Below are positions 25,940 to 36,848 of a stretch of DNA of 64,000 bases, piece after piece. The notes below the pieces were generated by a model that searched no databases, had not been told where the DNA came from, and saw only the letters and a program-made list of their open reading frames with translations. A program made the translations under genes and the position numbers. The stretch's first letter is position 1. Each line of letters begins with the position of its first letter. The DNA comes from Curvularia clavata. Taxonomy: Eukaryota. The stretch is taken from contig CP089280.1 of the NCBI GenBank assembly GCA_023920165.1, positions 372,001 through 436,000 on the forward strand. Reading direction: 5' to 3'.

Positions 25940-26088
25940 GCCGCCACTCCCGGTGTAATTCCTGCTTGTCGTCTCATCTGGGGACCCTTCGTTTCCCTTG
26001 CGTTTTCGTCCCTGTGCTCGTGGTACAGCACGCGACACGTCGGTCGTGCTCGACATCATCTTAGTCGTTTACCGTCCGACAGACAGGA
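25940..26088 (+). ncRNA. Candidate intronic box H/ACA snoRNA
   Basis: ACAGCA (ANANNA) at 26025-26030, a 3' hairpin GTCGG/CCGAC with internal pocket and CGAC/GTCG upper stem, and ACA at 26083-26085. It sits inside the PSF3 leader intron. Confidence 0.5.
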
Positions 26089-26111
26089 TCCATTGACGTG
26101 TTTCAGAAAAC

Positions 26112-26805
26112 ATGAGTTCGTACTACGATGTGGATGCCATCCTTACAGATGCCCAGAAGGTACCCTGTACCTTTGAGCTTACCGTTCCTGGACTCGGCTA
26201 TCTCGAGGGCAACATGAACGGCGACATGAAGCAAGGCTCAAAAGTCGAGCTGCCCTTGTGGCTCGGCGAGATGCTTGCACTGAGGTAAACTGGGTGTTGC
26301 TTCTCTTTTGATATTCGTATATTCACGTCATCTACAGCCAGAGTCTAAACACATCTTCCCTCGTGACTATCGATCCTCCTTCAGCCTTGTCCCAGCGCGT
26401 ACTGAACGCCCTCAAAGCTGACCCACGCACTGTTGATCTTCGTGCTCTAGCCCCACACTTCTACAACCTCGGAGCACGCATTCTCGAGCTGTTCGAGGAG
26501 GAAGAAATGATCGAAGTGCTAAGCGACGTAGGTTCCGCGTCACTCCTCCTGGCTGGGCATCAAAGCTGACCCATGTAGACCTTCAAGGCCAGAGCTGCTT
26601 TGATAGCTGATCAAGCACACAACCCACGAGGCGCTCTAGGAGAAGGCGCCGACTTCATGAGAGGCCTAGATGAAAATGAGCGGCAGTGTCAGTATTCCGC
26701 CAATCGGCTTTGGCATCATGCAGCTAATGTAAGGCAGTATTCCGCGCAGCACACGACAGCGCAAAAGGAGTGCGCACGTGGATGGTAGATCTTAAGAAGA
26801 AGTGA
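26112..26805 (+). CDS. PSF3: GINS complex subunit Psf3; introns 26285-26337, 26528-26578, 26688-26737
   Basis: MSSYYDVDAILTDAQKVPCTF, KVELPLWL, NALKADPRTVDLR, FMRGLDENERQLFR. All three introns are canonical and keep the frame. Confidence 0.93.
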
Positions 26806-27058
26806 GCACGGCCGCCAGACGCTAGTTAGTAGAACAAGCCAGGTCAACGCCGCACATCCTCGAAGAACCGAGAGATTGGCTGCACAGCATAGCAGTAATG
26901 ACCAACAGAAACGCAGACAGAAGGAAACACAAGTTTGGAAGGCTGATAGTGACACACAATTGCGAGGCAAGCAGTCATGGAAGCCTACCTTCTGATTACA
27001 ATACAATACCTCAAATCGTCCAGCCAGTGAATTCAAACATGTCTTTGTTGCATCAACC

Positions 27059-28764
27059 TTACCGCATCGTTGTACCCAGATTACTGTTTTGCAGCAGCAG
27101 AGCCAGCTGATCCGGCGGATAGCCTAAAAATACGGGCCCGTTGAACACCATCTGAGGTATCATCCTCGGGCCTGTTGACTCTCCATGCTGCTCTGTATGC
27201 TGCCGCTGCGGCGAGGGTTCGGCGGGTGGCACCTTGGCCGTCGTGGCTCCCGGCGGCGACGACGGGGGTACTGCAGCTTGGGTTGCTTGATGCTGTTCGT
27301 GCGCTTGGTCCATCATAGCGCGATGATCGAATGGGCACTTTGCCGTGGTTTGCGGCGTCTCGCCGACTGGTCGTCCTGTATCCAGTGGAAGCTGTGGCGA
27401 TGCCGTCGGGACAGAGCCGACTGACGACGAGCTCTCTGCGTTGGTGTATTTTGCCGGAATCGATATACCCCAGGGTCTACTAGGAGACTCGCCTACCCTG
27501 ACTTCCTTCAGTGGACGGTCAAAATGTGCTGTCCTAGTCTCGTCCATTGCGTGGTCCTCTGATGGTTCCTCGGGCGTTGGAGTGCCATCATGGAGACTCG
27601 CCGAGACAGCAGTAGCCCAATTCTGAACCTTGGTGTCTGCTCTGGCGGCGGCAACGTGGTTAGGTTCAGCCTCCGGCTCTTCGTCTATCGCATCTTCAGG
27701 ATCCTCGGGCAGCCAGGCTTGGTGCTTTTGACCTAAGCCTTGGATCATGTTGACCAGATTGCCATACTTGCGATCCAACTGTGCAATGCTCTCCTGGTTA
27801 CTTTGGAAACGTGTAATGCAAACTTCATGACTCCTGGGCAGCTCATGTTTATGTTTCTCAAAATATTCTGCAACCTCCTCAGGGTTATGCTGATCGAGGA
27901 AGCGGATGGGACAGACAGCCGCAGAGCCAGATGCAGCTACCGAGGCAGTCAACGAGGCAGGTTTATTGCTACATATCTCGGCGCGGATAGGATCGGCGAA
28001 TGAAGGTCGTTTTGATCTACGACCACGCAGACTGAGGCGCGATGTTGAGCTTCGCGGTGTAGCAAGCGGGCTGCCTCTACCACTTCCAGACGCGAAAGGA
28101 CAAGCTAGCTTACTTGGCGTTCCAGCAACTGTGAAGTCTTTTTCAAGAGGTGAAGGGGCTCTATTGCTCTGGGTCTCAGGTAGCGGGGTCGGTACATCTG
28201 CGGATGGGCCGCTCCATATTTTTACACTTGAAGTATTTTCAGGGGCACGTAGTTGGGCAGCAGCCTCCTCGGCCTTCTGGATGACCAGTGCCCGGCTCTT
28301 TCGCTCTACATCGTCGCTATGTGCTAATTGCTCCACCAAATTCACAGTCATATGTGGTTGTTCGTCCCCAATCCGCTCAAGCTCTTGCAGAAAAGTGAGA
28401 TGATCTTGCGACAACGTATCCGGTGCAAACCGTTTCAAGAGGTCTAGATACTGGTGGATGTCAGTTTGGGTCTTTCAGAATAGTGGTACGCTGAGACGTG
28501 AGAAGATGTCCGGATCAGGTCATGCTGTGGTTGTTTTCTGTCAAAGCCGCGAGAGCAGCTGCAGGTCTAGAGCTAAAGTGTATCATCATGGAAGGGGGAG
28601 GGCTAATAGAGATTGTCGCGTACCTGTTGCTTAGCCCATGAGAGCTTGGTTTCTACCTGCTTTTGCTGATCAAACAGAGCCTGGTATTCTCCGCTCAGAG
28701 CTGTGAAACCTTCCACGAGCTGCTCAGCGAGCGCTGTGACGTTGCGCTGAGCCTCGTCAGCCAT
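27059..28764 (-). CDS. Conserved-looking fungal hypothetical protein with N-terminal coiled coil and Cys-Pro motifs; 173-nt intron 28451-28623
   Basis: MADEAQRNV...LSWAKQQ|YLDLLKRF joined by a GTACGC...ACTGAC...CCAG intron. Ordered core CPIRFLDQHNPEEVAEYFEKHKHELPRSHEVC...LDRKYGNLVNMIQGLG. Confidence 0.8.
28512..28592 (-). ncRNA. Intronic box C/D snoRNA with 18S rRNA guide
   Basis: Box C ATGATGA (28589-28583), guide TTAGCTCTAGA (28576-28566), D'-like CTGC, internal hairpin and box D CTGA (28518-28515), about 50 nt from the branch point. Confidence 0.8.
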
Positions 28765-29197
28765 AGCGCAGTTAGTACAAGGATGAAATGGTTGATGATT
28801 ATGTTGTGCGTATAGAAAGCAGGAAAGCCCAGCCTTGATGACGCGGCAATGAGGCTCGCGGCTGGGAAAAATAAGAGATGGACGGAACTTCGGCAAGGAT
28901 TGCAGAGTCGGAAGAAGCGGCTGCCCGCGCCACGCTTAGTCATCGCTACCAGCCACTCACCTCGGAAGAGGCACCCAAGCCGGATGCTGAGGAGGCGCGT
29001 CAGGGTGCACTGCGCCTTGGACCTCTTACGTAGCATCTTTTCTTTAACTACCAGTCCTATCCAACATGATACCCTAATATACAAACCCCTATTGTCTAGC
29101 GCAGCTCTAAGAACGTCTAGCAGCAACCACGTCACAACGACCCTGAAATTCCAAAGTTCCTGAACAGCCGACGCCTAATATCTCAACAATATTTACA

Positions 29198-30384
29198 ATG
29201 GGATCAATCCACGACTCTCGTATACACAAGTGGTTCGCAACCTCGCCTCCGGTCGCATGGACAGTGAGACAGTTACGGGAAATTCTCATTGGGTCCCTTA
29301 AGCAAGGTCCCATCCCGCAACATGTGGCATTTGTCATGGATGGGAACAGGCGATTTGCCCGGAATCACCACATTGAGACTGTAGAAGGGCACAACCTGGG
29401 CTTTGAATCACTGGCTAGGGTATGGGGAATCAACAATGGCCTTTCATTTCTGGAGCCATGCTAATTTCTTCTTTCAGATCCTCGAGGTATGCTACAAGAC
29501 TGGAGTCAAAGTTGTGACAATCTACGCGTTCAGCATAGAAAACTTCAAGCGGTCGAAGCACGAGGTAGATGCGCTCATGTCAATGGCCAAGGTGAAGCTG
29601 CAACAGCTGGCCGAACACGGAGCATTACTAGACCGTTACGGAGCATCCGTTCGCGTGTTGGGTCAGCGCGAGCTTGTTCAACCAGACGTGCTTATGGCTG
29701 TTGACAAGGCCGTAGCCATGACCGCCCACAACAAAAAGTATACAACCGCAATCACTGCAGGTACCCGTGCTAACCGTCAACAGGGCCGTGCTGAATGTAT
29801 GCTTCCCCTACACGTCTCGCCACGAGATCACCACGGCCGTCATGAAGACCGTCGAGACGTACAGCACCCCTATGCATAATTTGTCTACTCCATCAAAACG
29901 CGCCTTTTCAGAATCACACATTACACAGCATATCCGGAAGCAAATGTTGGAGGAAGACATAGAAGGTGCACTTGAACAGGTCGAGTCGCGCCCGGCGTCA
30001 CCATTTGCAAAAGAAGCAGCCCCAACAGAAGACGGCCGGTCTTCATCGACCTCGACAGCCATTAACCCGTCCGACAAGGATGATTCGCAGAATGAGCCTA
30101 CGTTTTTGGATCCCGAGTCAATCAGTGCGCAGACGCTGAACGACAACATGATGACGGCGGACGCTCCACCGCTAGACTTGCTCATCCGCACTTCTGGCGT
30201 CAAGCGACTCAGCGACTTTATGTTGTGGCAGGCTCATGAGAACACGTCAATTGTGTTCCTGAAGTGTCTCTGGCCCGAGTTTGATCTTTGGCAGTTCCTA
30301 CCAGTCCTAGTAGAATGGCAGTGGCAGCAGAAGAAACTGCAGGAGGAGCAGCAGCGCGTTCGTGGGCGTTCCAAGACGGAGTAA
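29198..30384 (+). CDS. RER2: cis-prenyltransferase (dehydrodolichyl diphosphate synthase catalytic subunit); introns 29420-29477, 29738-29783
   Basis: PQHVAFVMDGNRRFAR, GH..GF, YAFSIENFKR, DLLIRTSGVKRLSDFMLWQ and LWPEF. Confidence 0.94.
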
Positions 30385-30960
30385 GGCGTTCGAGCAACAT
30401 CAGAATGGAGTTTCCAGCCATGTCATAGAAAGCGGATCTAGACTTCAGCGCGCATCAAAGATACCCAGAATCAAGTATTCCTTCCGTCCCCCTAATGCAC
30501 GCTACAAAACCTGCAACGTAGACAACCAGTCGATCTCGCCTAATGGCGCCCTCGAGCGGCCTCGGCGGAATTTCTAGTCGTATGGCCGACCCTGCACGTG
30601 TACGCTTCAGCTGGTACTAACGTATGGCAACCGTATTTCGTGGGCTGGCGGTCTAGCACGCGACCGATGGACACGCTAGCCACTTGTAGCGCAACAACCC
30701 CAAACGTCATCCTACCAGTAGGCATGATAGCCGAGGAGACGAGCTATCAGCGTAGGCGCTGGGCCATGCCTTATATTCCGCCCAGTCCAGGTTTCTGAGT
30801 GGCCTTGGACGCCTGTCGTCACATCCAGCGCATACATCGTTATTGCTCGTAACCAGTACAAGTAGACCTCGCTATCTCATATCCTAGACTTGCGTTACTC
30901 CTTATCAGCCACAGATTGGTTGCCTCACGCGTCGACAATCAACAGCGACAGCAACACACC

Positions 30961-32023
30961 ATGACTGCACCAAACCTTCTCACAATACCCGTCGAACTCC
31001 GGGAGCTCATATATGGCTTTCTCTTCAGCAGCTACACCATCCGGCACGGGTTCAAGCATGCAGGCATTTCCGCAGAGAAACCGCAGTCTTCAGACCGCAT
31101 ATCACTGCTGCTCACTTGTCGCCAGATTCATGCAGAGGCCAGCCGCCATCTCCCTCTGAACTGCACTCTTCATTTTCGCGGCACCGAGAACCTACTTGAG
31201 ACACTCCTCTCGGTCGATCAAAGTGTGCTGACTAACCTGCGCCACCTTCGAGTTCGCGCCTATCCTTTCCCTCTGTACACTGGAGGGACTTCGCACTATT
31301 ACCCGACCTACTATGCAGCAAACGCACTGACCCTACTCCCTGGCTTATGTCTTGACACCTTAGTCGTGGAAGATTGCTGGCACGGCTTCGGAATGTGTGA
31401 TGGCTGGCGAGACGTTACAACCTATTTCGACATCGAAAGCCTCCTCACTAGCGACGCATGGAAAGAACTTACCTACATAACCCCTTGCACTGACTTCATC
31501 GCCTCTGGATACGATCACAAGCACAAAAGGTCAGCCCAGCCTGGGAACTGGGATGCACTCATCAAGGAACGTGACGGAGACGAGTATGGCGCAGAGGTCA
31601 AGATGTACCTAGTTCCGTACGACCAACAAACAGCCACCGGCCATGAAAAGACTGAGGATGGACGTAGCATGCAGCCTTGGGCAGCGGAGCCAGGAGACAG
31701 GATCAACGAGCACTGGAGCGTCGCAGGGCCAGACCAAGGCCTGAAAGGTGAAGTCAGGATCCTAGCGAAGCGTGGTAAGAGGTCAAGAGCAGTGCAGCTA
31801 GGTCTTAGCGAAAAGAAGACATGGAAAGAGCTCAAAGGAAGAGAAGCCGGTGGCTTTGCCCCCGAAGGTGAGCAGACTTTGGCACCTATAGACACACAAG
31901 TCTCTAACCAACGTCTCTTCAGGTTGGACGCCATACCACCATGACATGGCAGACGCAGTCGGATGGATATATGGGGGTTATGGCCGAAGAATGCAACTAG
32001 CAGACGCCGCTCTTCACAGCTGA
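30961..32023 (+). CDS. Hypothetical protein with N-terminal F-box-like motif; intron 31868-31922
   Basis: LLTIPVELRELIYGFLF and LLLTCRQIHAEA are typical of fungal F-box-like proteins. The GTGAGC/CTAAC/CAG intron gives the last exon GWTPYH...ALHS*. Confidence 0.75.
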
Positions 32024-32665
32024 CTACATCGCTTCACAACACAGCCTATCCACGCGCCATGGATGTCCGACTCCCAAAACCACAACTGAATACAGTAAGA
32101 CAGTCGGCCTCGTGGCGCAGAAATTCGCACCCTTGTACTCATTAGCGCAGGTTACCAGGGTGTAGAGTGGCGCCGTTGTGAGGTGGCTTGGGTGTCTTGC
32201 GCGCTGTGCTACGTAGTGTATTGGGATTGCTGGTCAGACCGCGTTTCGCCGCAGAGCCCTGTTCTAGAAAGATGGTGTTACTTTATTGACTGGTTATTCA
32301 ACATTCTGATACCAAGAGAGCTAGGATGGAAATTATTTAGAAGGACTGTGTAGACGGGAATAAGATGCATAGAACAGTAAACCGCCAGTCATCAGTCGGC
32401 GCGGACCGTGGCGCAAAGCTAAGATCTCAGTTCCGCATGTCTATACTATTGTGCAGCTGTCTTGCATTATCATAGGGGGTTTCCGTTTTCACACGGTTGT
32501 CTCTCGCTTAGCGACTGTGAAGTCAGTCGTGATGCAAGTACAAGTAGGTACGTTTGACTGCACACCCACTTCTCCAACGCTACATAGGATTGTAGCCTGC
32601 TTGCTCATACGCCTCACTCTATCTCCATGCATTAGCTCTCTGTCGGTGAGCAGGCACTCGACAAC

Positions 32666-34659
32666 ATGGTAAGCCTATATGCAAAGCAGTAGGCGCACGA
32701 ACTAAACATTGCCAGTGCCAACTATCCCACGTCGTATTAGCACTGTCCATTGGACTCTCAATCGCTCAGCAGTACCCCCTTCCCGTCACCTACCATACCG
32801 TACTTAAATCACCTGTGGATCCCGACATTACTATCTCCTTCAAACAACCCGACCCCGGTACATGCGCTACTGTCTCTGGTATGCAAAAGCAGTACTCGGG
32901 CTATATCAATCTCCCTCCATTTACACTCGCACCATTTCAGCAAAACTACTCGATCAACACCTTCTTTTGGTTCTTCGAGGCGCAAGATAACCCAGAGACT
33001 GCGCCGTTGACGATATGGCTGAGCGGTGGGCCTGGACAGTCTAGCATGGCTGGCCTCTTCACTGAAGTAGGGCCATGTGAAGTCATACTAAGACCTGACG
33101 GCAGCTACGCCACACAGCCTAGGCTCTGGAGTTGGAACCGGAAATCCAACCTATTGTTCATTGACCAGCCTACTCAAACGGGCTTTTCGTATGATGAGCG
33201 CACGAATGCGTCGATCGACTTTAGCAACGACTATCCCACTGACTCCAGTGTCCGAAAGCAGCCATTACCGCTTCCGGCAGACGTACCCGTGTGGCGCTTC
33301 AAGAACGGAACCTTCGCTTCTGGTCTAACTACAAACACGGAAGGTCTGTCCGCCATTGCCGCCAGATCGGCATGGCATTTCCTTCAAGGGTTTCTCTCTG
33401 CTTTCCCCAAGTTCAACCCTGGTGCACGTCCCGGCGGCAACGTCGTTAAGTCTGCTGCTATCAATCTCTTTGCTGAGAGCTACGGAGGTGTTTACGGTCC
33501 TACTTTCGCAGATTTCTTCGAAGAACAAAATGAGCGGCGGAAGAATGGGACAATATCGAGCGCCGCGTTGGAAATCCATTTGGGCTCTTTGGGGATTGTG
33601 AGTGGCGTCTTAGATGTAGTAATCACTACAACATCAAGCCTGGAGTTTGCCCACGACAACACATATTGTATCAAAGGAATTAACTTCACGACATACCGAG
33701 ACGCCATCGCGACAGTCAACAAAGAGATGGGCTGTAGGGATCTGATCATGGAATGTCGTGCGCTCGCTGCCAAGAATGATCCTAACAGTCTCGGAATCGA
33801 TAAAGACACCAACAAAATTTGCGCCAGTGCGGCGTTGACCTGCCAATTAGCTGGCAGCCCTGCTTCGGCCATACCTAGAAGCGTTTACGACTGGAGAGTA
33901 GAGCCCCAGATTCAGCCGTCCGCCGCCTACGGGGAATATTTGAACGATGCCAAGGTTCTGCAGTCAATCGGCTCTCCGATCAATTTTACCATAAACAGTA
34001 TTGCTGTTATGAAGGCATTCAGCTTCAGTAAGTATCGTTCATTAAAGAAAACTCCAGAAACAACTGAATTTCTGACCTACTCTGTAGACGGAGATGCTGC
34101 TCGTGGAAATCAGGTGGAATCTTTGGCGCGCTTGCTCGCTCGCGGTATTAAGGTAGCCCTGATAAACGGTGATGCAGACCTTATAGGTAATTGGTATGGA
34201 GGCCAGAATGTGTCACTTGAGCTGGCTGGTCTGGTTCCAGGATATGATACCGCGTTCCCGGCAAGTGGGTATGCCAACATCGTCGTTAATGATTCGTACA
34301 TTGGCGGAGTCGTTCGTCAGTATGGCAACTTGTCATTCTCTCGAATCTATGACGCCGGTCACCAGTTGCCCCATTACCAACCAGAAACCGCCTTTGCTGT
34401 CTTCAATCGGATTATTCAAGGTCGCGACATCAGCAAGGGACGCGTGGTTGACTTGTCGACATTCAAGACAAAAGGGCCTAGCGCCTCTCTTCACAAAAAC
34501 GCGGTGCCGCCTGAACCAGAATCAGTTTGCTGGATCCGAGAAGCGGCTGCAACTTGTACCAAGGAAGAGAGAGCTGCGATCCGGCAAGGCGAGGGTATGG
34601 TGAAAGCTGGCATATGGACGCCTTCAGAGACAATCGTAAAGAACGAGGCAAGGTCCTGA
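32666..34659 (+). CDS. Secreted serine carboxypeptidase (family S10); ATG-only first coding exon, introns 32669-32715 and 34028-34087
   Basis: Spliced N-terminus MCQLSHVVLALSIGLSIAQ is a signal peptide. Motifs YSGY, WLSGGPG, FIDQP, nucleophile AESYGG, GDAD and AGH. Confidence 0.9.
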
Positions 34660-35239
34660 AGCTCGTCGCTGCAACGAAACTCCCATTCCGCCTGCTACGT
34701 CGCGTAGACTCACCGTTTAAGAAAGGAGAGCCAGGAAACGGAGGAAAGAAACGGGACTGTTTTATGCCTCTTGCTGCATGTGTGTTGTGAGTGCTATTGC
34801 ACTGACACCCCGAATTCTACATATACGAACTCTTCAAGTGCTCTCTCGTTTCCTGGTCCAAATCCTATCACCAGTTGTGCAGTTAAATAATCCTTATTGA
34901 TACAAGACTGCTTCTTTTATTTTTATTTTTCACAAGTGGCTCGTCTGCGACGATTGGCCTGTCAAAAGAGTGTCGAATTCAAAATATGGTACGGATCCAA
35001 ATCAGAACAGCAACAAATCCTATAATGGGAAGAAGCTCATTGGGCGGTCAACGAGCAGAGAGAACTCTGAAGTTGTCGAACCGTGGTTGTGATAACAATT
35101 ATGGAACGCAAGGCAGCAGCACAATGTCTATAAGTACCTGCTCTTCTGATGCTGTGAACTCAGTCTCCAGCTCGGCAGTAACCATCAACGTCACTCTCCG
35201 AACAATTCCCGCCTCTTGCTTGATTCAAACTTCTCCAAA

Positions 35240-35724
35240 ATGGGTAACTGTTGCTGCGGCGTCTCCCGTGACCACAAAGACGACAAAACCTCATCACATG
35301 CCAATAGTCCAAACAACAGACCCATCATGCTCGAAAAAACAATTGAAGAAACCCCATACACATACTACATGCCGTCATGGCGCCCACCAAATCTCTCGCT
35401 CATCCCCGAAGCCAGTCGCGAGAGCCTCCCACGCACCCCTTACTCTTACTGAATCGCGAAGCGAGAGACATTATGCCCCAAAGCAGCAAGGCAGTACCGC
35501 TGACTATGCTGCCGTCATCTCCTCCTACACCCATTCCGGCTTTTGTACCCTTTGTCCAGTAAGCCACGCCTGCGCCGCAGACTGTGCCGCCTCCGCGGAA
35601 AGCCACGCCTGCGCCGCAGACTGTGCCGCCTCCGCGGAAAGCCACGCCTGCGCCGCAGACTGTGCCGCCTCCGCGGAAAGCCAACACACCGCCAGAGATG
35701 CACAGTACTGATGCGGCTGTGTGA
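35240..35724 (+). pseudogene. Possible orphan or disrupted small gene (MGNCCCG N-terminus, Pro-rich repeat tail)
   Basis: ATG in ccaaaATGG context. The ORF stops at 35452, and a Pro-rich continuation in another frame is interrupted by TAA at 35560-35562. No convincing intron reconciles the frames. Confidence 0.35.
35561..35683. repeat. Perfect 39-bp tandem repeat, 3 copies plus 6 bp
   Basis: Unit AAGCCACGCCTGCGCCGCAGACTGTGCCGCCTCCGCGGA at 35561, 35600 and 35639. Confidence 0.98.
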
Positions 35725-36848
35725 GTGTATGCAGGGTCTCCCTTGCTTTTTCACTGCGTGCAGTATGAGGTATAATGATAAGCCCGAGGCTTCTCTTTAT
35801 TCAATAACATTCGGATTGGAAGAAATTGTGTTCTCTTGTGTTGACTCGTCTTGTTTCCAAGTACGCTGTAATGTAGTCTTGATTCTGAGCATGCTAAAAT
35901 CTAGACAAAATTCCACGCCGCTTTGCTCTCTTCTTCTGTCCCATTGGATCACACTCTGCGCCTTTCTCTTAACTGCTTTGACTAAGCACTCCCGTGTCCT
36001 TAACGTCCTCCGTTCCCAGATTCAATCGCACCCTTAAGCTATTTATTTTTTTGGAATAAACGGATCAAATTGATCAATCATATCACAAGACATGTATACC
36101 AACCCTTTCTCACATCCTCTTTCTCCTTATGTTTCTCGTTCATATGCAATCATGTCCTTTCAAATAGATTGCAACATCCAGTCGTACTAAGGTCGAACGA
36201 TGCATTGCACACAATAGAAGAGCATTGTCCAACATCGGACTTGTTGCCGGGCACGAGGACAAGGTGACTGGCTGTATATCGCGTTCTTTCTTGTGCTGAC
36301 CGAGTGATGTGCGGCCATCGGGACCTGTAAAGCGATACGTCTGTTAGATGTTCCGGTTGGATTGATCACTCGGAGAAGGGACACTGAACAGATGCTGGTG
36401 CCGATAAGTCTTCACCTCACTCCTGGATATTGTTTTACAATGCACCAAAAGTAACTGTCAAAAAGAGGACGTATTGAATTGTTTTGATTATATGGCACAT
36501 GTCAGGGTATCAGGAAAGAAAGATACATGGTAAAAGGAAAAGGAACTTTGAAAATGATATGCATGTTGTACAATCCTTTACTATCTGAAAAAAAAAGTCA
36601 AAAACACCGCCGCTATGCTATATCACCCCTCGTGCATGATGAGCTTTTTTTCGCATATGAAGAAATATTGTAGGACCCTTCGAGTCAAGTGAAGAAACGT
36701 CCGTATGAGGATATTGGTAAGGAAAATTGATGAATATACTCATCACTCGGAGAAATAGCAAGGCCGGAAAGAAGCCAGAAAAAATTTAACCAAATTATCC
36801 GCTCATCGTGAACCAAGCCCAGCCCCAGGATAAACAAAAACGTAAGGC

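Noticed and set aside
28500..28525. ACCTGATCCGGA resembling part of a TPP riboswitch
   Set aside because: The upstream CTGAGA and downstream TAATGCC/GCGTAGG elements are missing; better explained as snoRNA box D.
35561..35683. Repeat array considered as CRISPR-like
   Set aside because: No spacers, eukaryotic context; it is a simple tandem duplication.
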